From: Microthyrium microscopicum
Lineage: Eukaryota
Length of the DNA stretch: 64,000 nt
NCBI GenBank assembly: GCA_010405405.1
Contig: MU004233.1
Location: 2,644,539-2,708,538 of the forward strand
Direction of reading: 5' to 3'
Of the stretch, positions 12,586-26,855 are shown piece by piece (position 1 is the first letter of the stretch; each line of letters starts with the position of its first letter). Position numbers and translations under genes: made by a program. The notes beneath the pieces are model-generated. The model saw only the letters and a list, made by a program, of their open reading frames with translations. It did no database searches and was not told where the DNA came from.

Positions 12586-14077
12586 GGTGAGCTCTTAAGA
12601 GCAAGGAGCAATTAATTGCAAAGTGAATTCATGAAGAGGAGCTGGATTGAAAAAGTTGGAAGTTGTATTGAAAGATGGCCTGATGATGCTGATTGGGCCA
12701 TCACCTTGACAGCTTTCGCGTGTTCGTTAGCGCGCGTTTAAGCGAATGGAAATCTTGACGACATCTGATCAAGCATTAAATGGTCCACGAAGTACTTCAC
12801 TTTGAAATCACTATGGCAATTGAAACTGTATTCACGTGAAAGCTTTTTTGAAATTCTTCTGACTATGTCCTACAAAGTCCTACTAAAGAAAAGAAGTCTA
12901 AAAGACACCAGCCCAATCACTCTCCTGATTTACCGCCAAATGCAAATCATGCAAAGTGATAATGGGTTGAAGAGTCTGTTGTAACATATAATGCAAAAGG
13001 TAAAAGAAACTTTTTGGGTATCCGATCCGCCAATGGGGTATTTCTGATCTCAAGGCCAGCAATCAAGTGTGTCTGGCCCAAAGAAGCTGCATAATCAAGC
13101 ATTATCGGGGTATCTCTGCCTCGCATTGCGCCAACAAAACCATGATTTCAAAGGCACGGAGTTTGCGCTGAAACTGAGGCAAAAAAACATCGACTATCTA
13201 GAATGGGATGACAAGTCTCCATCTAGGCGTGGAAAATCGCAAGCTCGCAGAGCAACTGGATATTGGTGAATCGCTTTTCTGATGGATGCTGCAAAATTTG
13301 TCAGTACAAGGTTACATTCAGAGCTAACACGCCTGAAGAGACCATTCGCTCTTTTCAGGATGAAACCATGAAAACTCATCGCATTCGATGGGAACCATAG
13401 CATTAGAATAAAGCCACCGATTGCGATGAAGAGACGAATTTGGGATTATCGAATGTCGTCGAGAAAAGGGTGATATCAAGCGGGAAGATCTTACCTAAAA
13501 AGATGTTGTTGAGTCGATGGAAAGGGAAAAACAGAAAAAAGTGCAATGCAACCGTTTGAACGGCAGGTTCTCTATCTCATGCTGTGGGCTGCATATGCCA
13601 GGTGTGTATAGAGAGAATCCGGGTCCTCCATTATGCCTCGAGCAGTATTAAAGCGAAGCGTGAACAATCGTCATTACTTTTTTGGGTATCTCCTTTTGTC
13701 GTGAAGTCGTTACGTTTGGCGAAGAAAGCAAAGTCTAAGATCGCCGAAAAGACCTCTATAAAAGGAGCAAAAGCGGAATGCTGAACGCACGCAATCGGTT
13801 GCTGTTGTGATCGCGCGGTAGGATGAGTAAGCCTCCCAATCGTAGGCAACTAAATGCGGAGAAGGAGGTGCGGAAAGAGAACCTCAACGCTGTCTATAAT
13901 GCCGAGGGTTTGTGGAGCCAAAATGTCCAGACTGAAAAGCTGCCGTCCGGTGGAAGGAATAAAACAAAACAAAACTCCAGGAGGGAGTAATCGATAAAAC
14001 GCCTGTTGATGCTTTCACGTGCTCATGTGCCGATCATTCTTGTCGTCGACATCTGTTGATGTGAGGAGGTGGCACAC

Positions 14078-16311
<2,234 letters not shown>

Positions 16312-17651
16312 GATTGCAATCGATGAGCAAGTTCAATATTAAGGTCGAGTGAGGATTGGAAGAGATGTAGAGAGCCTTGAAAGAATTATTCGATAATGAA
16401 TCAAGGAGAAGAGTTGCGGTGACGAAAAAAGTCGAGCGCGGCAACGAACTGAAGAAACAGAGTCGTCGAGGAAGGATTTGGGGTCGTAAGAGTATTATCT
16501 TCTCAGTCTAGCTGCGATAATGACAGACAGAGAAGAAGACAAAAACAAAAGACCGCTTGAAGTATTTGTGGATGAGAGGGGAGTGTGTGAGTAGAGGGTA
16601 GTGGGATGTATTGTTGTAGAAGTGTGTAGTGGAGAAGAGGAAGCAGCTTTTTTTCTTTGGCTAGAGCCTAGAGGATGTAAGATTTTCACTCCTGCTGCCA
16701 AGACATTTAGTGCGGGTCGCGCCTTCCATCACAGCGTGGGTTTTTTTTGCCTGAGCATGCTGCATCCCGACCGTCCTTGCCATTCTTGTATTCTTTGGAC
16801 CAATTTTGACCAGTCGTTGAACCCCTGAGGGTTTGTAAGAGGCAAGCACAGCCCACATGTTACCAGATCTTTGAGATTTGGTATTGTTCTGGAAGCTCCG
16901 ATGGATGCACCCTGAGAACGCTACTTCCATTCTAGAACTTGACATGATCAAACATATATCTTGTATGGTACGAGAGTTTACTTCTCATCCAAAGGTTATA
17001 TCAAGGCAAAGATTTATCTATTCTTACAATTCTTTTCCATTATTTGGTATCAATATCCAGCCCATGGCCCCGTACTAATGCCTTAGGTCCGCTTTTCTGC
17101 GTCATAACCTAACATTTACACCCAACCTTCAACACCATTAAATCAGAAGCTGGTACACGTAGTACCACGTGTAGGATACCCTACCACTGATGACCTTGGG
17201 TTGTTAGAGTACTTGGAAAGTATTCTGACGGAGTCGACAGCTCTGCTTACCCAAAATCACCAGGCTGTATCAAAGCGAAGCCTTGACAGTTTCTTGTCGT
17301 GCGCTGTCTCGTGCATCCTGTATCCACAAACTCCATGCACTACCAGCTCCGAGCCAATCAAGAAAACGAGAAGCAAGCATTTTTTATTCTTCCCGTGCAT
17401 ATCTCTGCATACTCGGGCATACCGTCTTGCAATTCGTTTATTTGTAGTGAAGCTTTATCACGTATTAGTGTATTGCACAGCCTGCGTCGTATACCATATG
17501 AGAAATCGCAAAAGCTTCGAGTCCCGAGACATAGAGTCGTCGAACACCATATACACAATACAATACACATAGGTAGACAACCCGTACGTCATAAGAATGC
17601 AGCACCCTTTATTCAGCCATATCATATATCATACAAACACCCAAGCACACC

Positions 17652-17914
17652 TTACGCATAATTCTTTCCCCTGACCCCATCACCTCGATTTCCTCGTGTC
17701 TTAACAAACACCACACAAATCGCAACAACAACCATAATGTAAAACATCCTTGACGTCCAGCTAAGTCCAGCAGTCTCCGGTTTGGCATAAATAGGTGCGT
17801 GGCTGTCTGACTTGCCGTCTGAGCCAGCCTTGCCGTCTTTGCCGTTCGCGCCATTCGAGGAGGTGACATCTAAATTGTCTCCTTGAACCATCGGTTCTGC
17901 AGTACCTTCGAGGC
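17652..17914 (-). CDS. Putative alternative terminal exon of cyclophilin B encoding a linker plus TM helix
   Basis: Donor G|GTATTC at 18151 and acceptor AAG at 17915-17917 join in frame to ...MFYIMVVVAICVVFVKTRG... Confidence 0.7.
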
Positions 17915-18131
17915 CTTAAAGACGCCGTAAATCAGCCAGTCCTCCTGTATATTTTTATTGAGACGAATGGGTTAAGGGGTTAGATGGGGGAAACAAGTAT
18001 TACATGAACGATGCGGCGGTTTACAGGAAAAAGATTGGGAATAAAGGGCCTAGTAAATGGTTCAGGTGATCGTCAAATCTGTGTAAGAAGAAGTGTATGT
18101 GATGTGCTGTGCTAACAATGTGTGAACGTCT

Positions 18132-18958
18132 CTAGAGCTCTGCATGAATACCTTCAGCAGGAACCTCCAACTCGCCGCTCTTTGCGATCTTGATGGTCTT
18201 CTTTGGCTTGTCACCGGGGTCCTTCTCAACGTTTTGAACCTTGTCGACAATGTCGTAGCCTTCAAGGATTTCGCCAAAGACTACGTGGCGGCCGTCGAGC
18301 CAGCTGGTGATGGCGGTTGTGATGAAGAATTGGCTGCCGTTGGTGTCTTGGCCGGAGTTTGCCATGGACATGAGACCTTTGCGGCTGTGCTTGAGCTTGA
18401 AGTTCTCGTCGGGGAACTTTGCGCCGTAGATGGATTTTCCGCCGGTGCCTAAGAGGTATTAGTTGATGGCAACTGGATGAATAAGGGGTAAAAAAGTTTA
18501 CCGTCGCCTTTGGTGAAGTCGCCTCCTTGAATCATAAAGTCTTTGATGACACGGTGGAAAGTGGAGCCTTCATATCCATAGCCCTTTTCTCCTGTGGCCA
18601 AAGCACTATGTAATTATAAGTATAGGTAGAAGATGGGATGAATGGGACGCATACCGGAAGTTTTCAGTGGTCTAATAAGCTGTTAGTTACTAGTTTTGGA
18701 TGATTGAGTTGTCATATATACCTTTGGTACAGTCTTGCCATACAAGCCAATTACGATTCTTCCCATTTTATCATCGCCATGGGTAATATCGAAAAAGACC
18801 TATGAAATCATTAGCAATGTCCTAGCATTTCATCCTGAAGGATTTACCTTATGAGTGACCTTGGGACCTTTAGTAGCCTCAGCGGTTTGAGCTAGGTATA
18901 CGAAGCAGATGGTCAAAATAAGCAAAGCCGAGACGACAATGCGCTGTAATGTCGCCAT
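18132..18958 (-). CDS. cypB: ER cyclophilin B (peptidyl-prolyl isomerase), signal peptide, C-terminal HAEL; 4 introns including a 17-nt microexon
   Basis: [58 protein letters not shown]-retention-like HAEL. Confidence 0.95.
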
Positions 18959-19276
18959 TTTGACAGACAAGTTGTGGAACGAAGTTGGGAGAAAGTGTGG
19001 AATTCAAGTTGACAGCGGGGGTGTTCGGTCTCTACTTAACGAACAAGAGTTGAGGGTTCAGTTTGACGAGCTGCGAGGTTGAAACGGATTAGGTGTCTTC
19101 TGAGAGGGAGAGTAACGTCTGGGATCTTTGTTAAAGAGGCTAGTAGGCTTCGGGCCGACATGCATGGATGAGGTTCTAGCGCCCGGGCCGAGTCACGATT
19201 TCGACCCTTTGAAGCTTCAATTTCAACATCCATCCGTTGCGCATGTAAAAGTCCACTCGCAGGATCCGAGGACACG

Positions 19277-19790
19277 ATGGTAAGTTTTCAGACACTCCTA
19301 CTCTGTATGCATATGCTAACTATAGAACAGCCTCTACTTTGGAACAACAACTTTCCCGACATCCAGCTCGTCAAGGTATCTTGTCCATACAAATGCCAAC
19401 AATCTCAACCTAATTCCCTCTCACAGAAAGCCCTCGAATCCTTCTATGGCATCGGCCCCGTCGTCTGCCGCACGATAATGGCACGTCATTTCATAAACCC
19501 TGGTGCAACGATGGGCTCCCTGGGCGCACCCAAAGTGCTGGAGCTTACCACTACCCTAATGGGCATGAAGATCGAGAATGATAAGAGAGGGGAGGTACGC
19601 GACAACATTAAGCGGCTGCGAGATATATCGAGCTATAGAGGAAGAAGACATGCCATGGGTTTGCCTGTTCGGGGCCAGAATACAAAATCACAGGTAAGGA
19701 TATTGAAAACATCTGTGGCAATGCATTTTACTGACTGGTTGTTAGATCCAAACTGCTCGGAGACTAAACAAGATAAATCGCGCTGGTTAA
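19277..19790 (+). CDS. SWS2: Mitochondrial small-subunit ribosomal protein S13; introns 19280-19330, 19376-19426, 19694-19745
   Basis: KALESFYGIG, IKRLRDISSYRGRRHAMGLPVRGQNT. The first coding exon is only the ATG. Confidence 0.92.
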
Positions 19791-20419
19791 TCGATACCCC
19801 ATACTGTGTATATAATAGGCGCTCTGGGACTGTTCACTATACAGTGGTGTATGATATGTAGCTCCATGTATCACGAATTATGGACTTTTTTAGAGACCAG
19901 AGCAAGTTCCAAATAATGCAAGAGAAGAGGCGATACAGTGTGATTCTTAGCTATCAGCTAAGTCTTGGGGCACTATTCTCATCCTGGATTCGTTTACATT
20001 GAAGACTTCAGGCTACGTGCTTTTGATAGGACCTCCTTCAACAATCCTTAGAAGTATCAAGCCTGAAGGAATCACGAAGGTGTTGCCAGACCTTATACGC
20101 ATATCGCGAAGCAGCACCAGCTGCAGGTGTGCCACAGTCCCACAAAACCAGCCTTACGCTCGGGAAAAAAAGGCTTCAGCAACAATGTCTGCCTTTACAA
20201 GAACACACATTCAGGCTCTATACTCCATCCCAGCCCAAAGACAACACTTGTGGACACTGCAAGTGCAATCATTTCAGTTTCAATCGTTATTAAACTGAGT
20301 GCCCATTCTGATGGGCGGTTTGTCGCCCGAATACTTCGACATACCAAATCCACAACATCCGCAGCGAAATGGACCCTCCGCGATCACTGCCTTACAGCTG
20401 AGAGACGTTGCAAAGTCCT

Positions 20420-20810
20420 TGACATATCAAACTCCCACGCGTTCCAGAAACACCACTATCCTCTGTCCCACAAGCCTTTCACTCGCCCTGGGAGCCGAGC
20501 GATCCAGAAGGCTATGGGCTTGTAAATGTGTCTCTGGAAACCCGTGATAATCTTTATCAAGCTGTCTCTTACTCCTGGGGCGACAACACCCAAGATCATA
20601 TAATAAAGCTGATTGGTCAACGCTCCTTGGCAATCACTGAAACATTGGCTATCGCATATCCATATTTGAACCAGTTTTGTTCCACTAGCTACCCGTGGAT
20701 CGACCAAATCTGCATCGGTCAGTCGAATATCAAAGAGCTTGGGTAGCAAGTTTCTCCTATAGGGGAAATATCCAGCAGTGTCTCAGAGGTCCTGAAATGA
20801 CTGGCGGAGT
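20420..20810 (+). pseudogene. Degenerate HET (heterokaryon incompatibility) domain relic
   Basis: YQAVSYSWG...WIDQICIGQSNIKELG*QVSPIGEI...VLK*L with in-frame stops at 20744 and 20798; no intact flanking ORF. Confidence 0.8.
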
Positions 20811-20967
20811 GAAAGAAGGACATTCTGAACTGATATCCATTTTAGCACACAGCAAGTACTTATTAGAGAGTCATATCGAAGTAGCTACGTAGGTAGGCAA
20901 GCCAGAGAACGACAATACTGTTCACATCTCGAACTAGGCACGATTGAATTCAATGTATTTTATTCTA

Positions 20968-22465
20968 TCATACGACATCGCCAACCTCGGTGTGAGAGGT
21001 TATCTTGTTCTTGAATTTAGTGAGCACTCCACGCCAGGCACTCATGGAGCACTCATTATAGCCGTATATTAAAGCATCGCAAAGGCCTTGGACCACAATG
21101 CAACCCTAGAGAGGAGATTAGCACAGTGCGTTGATGGAGTCACATATTCGGGACCCACTTTGTCGACAGTTGCTAGAGCAGTTGGTGCTGGCTTGCCAGT
21201 AGTACTTTGATAGATTCTGATCGCGGTGGGAATCGACCAGATCAGCTACAGACTATTAGTTCGCATTCGAGAGTGACAGTATTAGGCAATCCTCGATTTC
21301 TGTTGAAGCAGCAGAAAATACTTTCCATCAGGGTGACAAGCACTTTACTTCAAATTAGGGAGAGAATATTCAACTTACCATGTAGATCAAGGGGTAAGTC
21401 ATCATCTGATATGCAATCTAGAAACACCACATTAGCCTCATCGCGTATTCTCACTTTATATGTCGTACCTTTTTTAGTGTAGGTGGCATCGAAGCACCTG
21501 AACTCGTACGTGTACTTTGCCGTGTCGGCCACTTTTCAGAGGTTGAAAGCATAGCTCTATCTGTAGACACGCTTCCACTGCGCCAACTTCCTGAATTCTC
21601 TGGTTTGTCGAGGTAGTGCTCATTCAAGAAATGTATTGAACTTCGTCGGTGAGTAGTGTATAGGAGGGCGAAAAGCCGAGCGTATACGACAAGGATGGAG
21701 AGAATTATCACCCATCTTGGGACGAAGTTGACCAAGAGACGTGTTCGATCGCTTGGAAACCAGCACCCTAAATCTGTTAGATCTCTTCATAAGGTTCGGA
21801 AAAATAGTGACTTACAAGCGCCGATGTTATCATAAGCTCGTAGGCCGAGACCGATTGCTGCCCATATGCAAGAGACCACTGGCGGTATGGCGAATACTAA
21901 AATGCGATGTTGCTGGACCCATTTTGAAGCTGTTCGATGGTCCATTACTAGGAAGTAGGTGCATACTGCTATGCTAAGGACCCAATAGTCCGCTATCATA
22001 TAAGTTAGACTTAGCGAGATCAACATGTAGGTGAAGGCTTACTTTGTATCACAAACCACTGGACGAGAAACCCGTTTGCTAGGCAGAAGTTCCTCATAGG
22101 ATCCGATCCAATGGAATGACCTGACAATTCTGCTGCCGTAGAAGATATGAAGTTCAAGGCCATCAACAAGTCGCTTATGGCTAGTCCTCTGTTTTCAGTC
22201 AGTCTCGAGAAAGTGCAATGGGTTTGGAACAGCCACGCACAGGATCAACTGATGGCGAAAGGTGCGCGCCTGCTTGAAGATCTACAATGATGTTAGCTTG
22301 CGCTCTCAGTTCATTGTCGAGTTACCCTACCGCATAACCAAATACTATCCACAAGGCACCAATAGCTGAGGATATAGCAATGCACAAGATGACGATGTTT
22401 TGCGCATGTAGTTCAGGAGGCGTTCCTACAGCGGCAAGCGCCTTGTTATCTCTATTGTACAGCAT
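20968..22465 (-). CDS. cAMP-receptor-like 7TM GPCR, 7 introns
   Basis: Hand splice gives RTFRHQLILGLAISDL...FCLANGF...QTDYWVLSIA...YDNIGAWCWF...NFVPRW...MMTYPLIYMLIWSIPTAIRIYQ...VVQGLCDALIYGYNE with no stops. Confidence 0.85.
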
Positions 22466-23409
22466 CTTTGATCGAGGAATGCGAAGTATAGCAGGCTTGT
22501 GGTGAATGCTGCTCGAAGATGCAGCCTATATGGAAGCCATTCTCAAATGTTGGTTGTTGACAGAGCAAAGCGAGCCGCTGTACGATTGAGGCTGAATGTG
22601 TGAATATGTACAATCAAATGCACGAGACTGCCGCTTCTTCCGTTGTCGAATGAGCAAGTATATGGATTATATTAGAAGGTCGGCTTGGGTTCTTCATGGA
22701 ATGTCGACTTGGAAAAGCTGAGATAGGATTGACGTCGCACAGAGCGAGATTCCAAGCGAGAAAAAGGCAGGATGCAGAGAGAAGAGGACCGATAACAGAT
22801 ATTTGCGGTTTCACGGTTTCACGGCTTGAAGCTTAAGCATCCCTAACAAAGCAAAGATAACAATAATCCCACTGCTGGATCTCGAAGCTCCACGCTCGAC
22901 CTTATCTTGCGCCGGGTATAATGTTAGCTGCATGATGTGCGTTGCCAACCCCGGAAAAAGATCAACAAAAACCTTTCAGTTATTTTGCTTCAAAACTACA
23001 CGTACGTCAGAATCTTCTGTATGGCTTAACTTTTGTCTGTGAATTAGGCGGCACTCGCATTACCTTTGCATAACTGCCAAACTACACACTGGATTGTGAT
23101 CCCTCATACTCGAGTATTAGACTAAAAACAGGAACGTACCAGGGCAATTGATCCACCTGAAAACTTTACAGGTGATTGCTCCCATGTTTGTTTTCCATCC
23201 ATCTCCAGGAAGTTAACTTCCCAGAACGTTGGGAGACACAGCTCCTAGATCCTTAAGGATGAGAACTTTTACAGCAGTCCATCACTAATAATAGGAACTA
23301 CGTTACGTTAGAGCAAGCAGTTTTGCATGAAATTTCTGCAGCAAACCAACCAGGATATATTCCGTTTTATCTATATATACCTTTTAAACTCCTCCCTATC
23401 ACAAGAAGA

Positions 23410-24101
23410 TCAATATGGATATGGTGGGTTCCCAGGACTTCCAGGAGATGGCACTCCAGGCCAACTAGATGTTCGATGACCAACGTAAGTACCTCCTAAT
23501 CGCCGGGGATTATACACCATCTGAGGCGAATATGCTTCACCCGGAGGCGAGTCTTCTTGTCGTTTTCGGCGGATCGATGCTCGCGAGGAGCTTGCCGTGG
23601 ACACATTGGAGGAACTCTGTGTTGTTCCAGGAGCCATCATCCCGGAAAAAAACCCCTGTTGTGAGCGCCGACGTGTCCATGCCGGCTTGCTGTTGCGAGA
23701 TGTTGGCTCAATGGGAGAAGACGTCTGCTGTTTTCGGCGTGGACGGGTTATTCCCAGGGCATCGAGTTCGTAGTGGCTAAGACGAACATCACGGCCGTTG
23801 GCCTTTGCACGTTGGATTTTTGATTGAGCCTTTGCGGCGATTTCATCGGTATCTTCGGAGCTTCCTTCACTTGAGCTGGTGTCTTCTCCATCGTCGTCCT
23901 CGTCATCATAGTGCCGATATCGCGATACATCCAATTCGTCCTGATAATAGAGTCGATCTGAGCTGTAGCGTTGGGTGCGACGTCGAAGCTCACGACTGCT
24001 TTGAAGATCCTCATCACTGTCCACTTCTGCTATGTCCTGAACTCGTGATGTATACTGGGTTTCTCCTGGTGATCTTCCTCTTCCAGCAGTGATGTATTCC
24101 C
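23410..24101 (-). CDS. Low-complexity Ser/Arg/acidic ORF, probably spliced onto PRA1 through GC-AG intron 24102-24204
   Basis: GCTAAC branch and TTTTTAG acceptor at 24102, in frame with ORF 23410-24024; no ATG near its 5' end. Confidence 0.6.
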
Positions 24102-24184
24102 CTAAAAAGCAAAATGTTAGCCTCGATTCTGCTGTCTAATCATAGCCTTCAGAAAATGGGGACAATGACAAGACCTTCGTGGGA

Positions 24185-24760
24185 CTAATGAAAAGTCGAC
24201 TTGCCTGGTTTGGCCATGAGCGCTGCATGCCCCATAATAGTAAAAGAACTAAATCCTAGCAGCCACATCACTGTAGCCAGGGGAGACGACATGAAGAAAA
24301 CCGGTACAGCAATGATGACTAGAGTGCTATACAGTTGACTTGATGTAGCCCACCACTCGCCAATAACCAAGTCTGCTCCGCCCAGCATACTAATTCCGTA
24401 AATACCCCCTATAATGAGGAGTATGAAGAATAGTAGCCAGAAGTTGTTGAGCAAGGCATATACGCCAAGCATGGCAACGATGATGGCATAGTTGGAGTAG
24501 AAGTATGGAATGTTATGAATCATTCGATCCTGGGCTTCGACAAAACTCATTGGTGGTGTCATCCGCTGAAAATCAAGGAACTCGTATGGCGATCGGATAT
24601 TGCCGTATAGGGAACTTGTGCTGACAGAACCGAAACGCTCAGAAACACTGGAAGTAACCTCTCCATATTGCAATTTGAATAGCGTGTTGCCCAGTTCAGC
24701 GGGGAGACTGAATAATAGGCCACTTATATCCTGCGTCCTAGGTTCAGGCTGATTCGACAT
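24185..24760 (-). CDS. PRA1/Yip3-family membrane protein (divergent)
   Basis: EFLDFQRMTPP...NIPYFYSNY, hydrophobic hairpins, WLLGFSSFTIMGHAALMAKP. Confidence 0.85.
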   Translation of the reverse strand: MSNQPEPRTQDISGLLFSLPAELGNTLFKLQYGEVTSSVSERFGSVSTSSLYGNIRSPYEFLDFQRMTPPMSFVEAQDRMIHNIPYFYSNYAIIVAMLGVYALLNNFWLLFFILLIIGGIYGISMLGGADLVIGEWWATSSQLYSTLVIIAVPVFFMSSPLATVMWLLGFSSFTIMGHAALMAKPGKSTFH

Positions 24761-25682
24761 TTGGAGTTTTTTATTCTTTCTTTTCGTCAGACATTTTTTG
24801 ATAGAGGCAAGTATTAGTGCCATGGTGTGCATTGATAACTTGCTACGGGTCCAAGAACCACAACGGCGTATTCTGCAGATCGCCCATTTTATAGGGTGTG
24901 GAATTTCACGATGTTGAAATTGATGGTAGAAGATTACAACGTACCGTGGTTGGAGACATCATCCGGCCCAGCTTCGTCTCTCAGCCTGAGTTTAGCTTCA
25001 CCTACCCCAGGATACGATGAAAGGGGATTTTAAGAGCATTCAAAGAAGGTAATGTGGGCTCAAATGACTATAAACGAAAGAAAGTGCCGAAGAGCTCAAA
25101 GATGCAAGGCAAACCCAGTTGGGCCTCAAGAAATTGAGATGTACGGTGAGTTGGCAAGCATGGACAAGGCGGTAAGGTCAGCGGGGTCGTGGAACTTAGG
25201 CTTGCCAGGCCATGAAGAGCTGTATGGCTGTACAGTGAACTTTTTCGTTGCCACACATGGACCAATGACAATTAGATGTAATAGAGCAGATATACTGTGA
25301 TCAAGATACCTGAGCTCTAAGACTGCTGGATACTTGGTGGTTAGGGGAGCCGAAGCCGATACGGGACCACGAGTTGTGCAGGGGTTCGGCCCGCGTTTAT
25401 CGGAAGCAGGGCACGGACTGGGGTCAAGCACGTGGAGATATCGTGGGACCAGGCTCGGATTCAACCTCGCGATTATTTTGAACTGCTCGATCAAAACAAT
25501 TTCACGGCCTTCCAAGCACGCATAATCCATCCAATGGCAGCCTAACGCTGTCCCACAACACGAACCGGCCACTTACCAGAGCTTGAGGACGTACAATAAC
25601 CAGAGATCCATATCCTGCGTCCTTCGCATACCAAGACTTCGCCCGCAAGCACCACGATCAACATCAGAAAGTCCATTTGTTT

Positions 25683-26855
25683 CTAAATTGTTCCAGGCTC
25701 CGTGAGCTCTAGGTCCTCCATGCGCGACATATGGCCCCATTCACCAATTACCTCGCATTTTGCCTGAGTAGAGGGTGTAGAGGTCAACGAAATGTCCACC
25801 CGTACTTGTGGCAGGTGCTGGAAGCTTGCATATGTTTGGAACGTGTAGTCCCAGCAGTTCAGCTCCTCGGGATCGCAGTCAGTCCAATAGTTGATGGGTC
25901 GCTCGTGCATTCCAGTAGCAGGATTGTACTTCATTAAGCTTCCAACCCATTTGCGCGCAAGCCATTTGCGTACCAGGCGCATGCGATGTTGATGCAGAGT
26001 AAATGTTAGTGGTAAATGGAACTTCGCATCAGGATGGACGGTGTGGCTGTTCTTTGCATCAGAAGTTGTGCTCAGCGCTTGATTGTTGTTGCCACGGACA
26101 GCTTCCATTAGTTTGTGTGGTCGAGGACCTAGCCAAGCCTGGTAATTGCCCGGAGAGCTACTTCTCGGGGTATTCCATGAGCTGTACAGATAAGAGTCCT
26201 TCAAGTTCAAGGGATTGCGTCCGTTGGGGGGAAGTTGGAAGGAGTATCGCAAGTGCTTCAGTGGTGGCTGTCGCTTCCGAAAAGCGGTGACTGTGGCGCG
26301 CCAACAATTACTGATGGAATAATAATCGGAGTCTTTGTCCGTTTCAATCAATAGCCCGGGTTCTTCAGTCATGGCCACGATACAGGTTACTGACGTAACT
26401 CCGGGAAATTTCTCGGGTAGCTTTTTCCATTCCTGCTCTTGGGGAACATGATCAAGTTCAGCAACGAAGGCTTTCGCGAGCGTCCAACTATCGAAGACAA
26501 GATGGGTGATGTGGCATAACGAGCTGCTCTCCAGAGCCTTGGGTATTCGGCTCAAAGTCTTTCTATCAAAATAGTCGTGGATCGACGGTTCGAGCCAGCG
26601 AGTAGACAATAGAAAACTATTCTCACTGTATAAAATTTGTTTTGCTTCTTCATGATACCATCGGCAGGTGGCTAGGATCTCGGGATGCATTGTACGGGAG
26701 GAGCCTCCTTTTGGCCTATGCGAAGCGTGAGGGTACCAGCTTACATCGGTGCTGGGGCCCACGCAATGTGGTAGCTCGGAAGAAGAAATCAAAAGCTCTC
26801 GGAATATCATGAGTCGTATCTCAGTAGGTAGGCCTTCCAAGGTGGCATTGGACAT
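25683..26855 (-). CDS. Hypothetical protein with N-terminal F-box-like motif
   Basis: 390-aa ORF with LEGLPTEIRLMIFRELL and ILATCRWYHEEAKQILYSEN motifs typical of fungal F-box-like families. Confidence 0.7.
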   Translation of the reverse strand: MSNATLEGLPTEIRLMIFRELLISSSELPHCVGPSTDVSWYPHASHRPKGGSSRTMHPEILATCRWYHEEAKQILYSENSFLLSTRWLEPSIHDYFDRKTLSRIPKALESSSLCHITHLVFDSWTLAKAFVAELDHVPQEQEWKKLPEKFPGVTSVTCIVAMTEEPGLLIETDKDSDYYSISNCWRATVTAFRKRQPPLKHLRYSFQLPPNGRNPLNLKDSYLYSSWNTPRSSSPGNYQAWLGPRPHKLMEAVRGNNNQALSTTSDAKNSHTVHPDAKFHLPLTFTLHQHRMRLVRKWLARKWVGSLMKYNPATGMHERPINYWTDCDPEELNCWDYTFQTYASFQHLPQVRVDISLTSTPSTQAKCEVIGEWGHMSRMEDLELTEPGTI

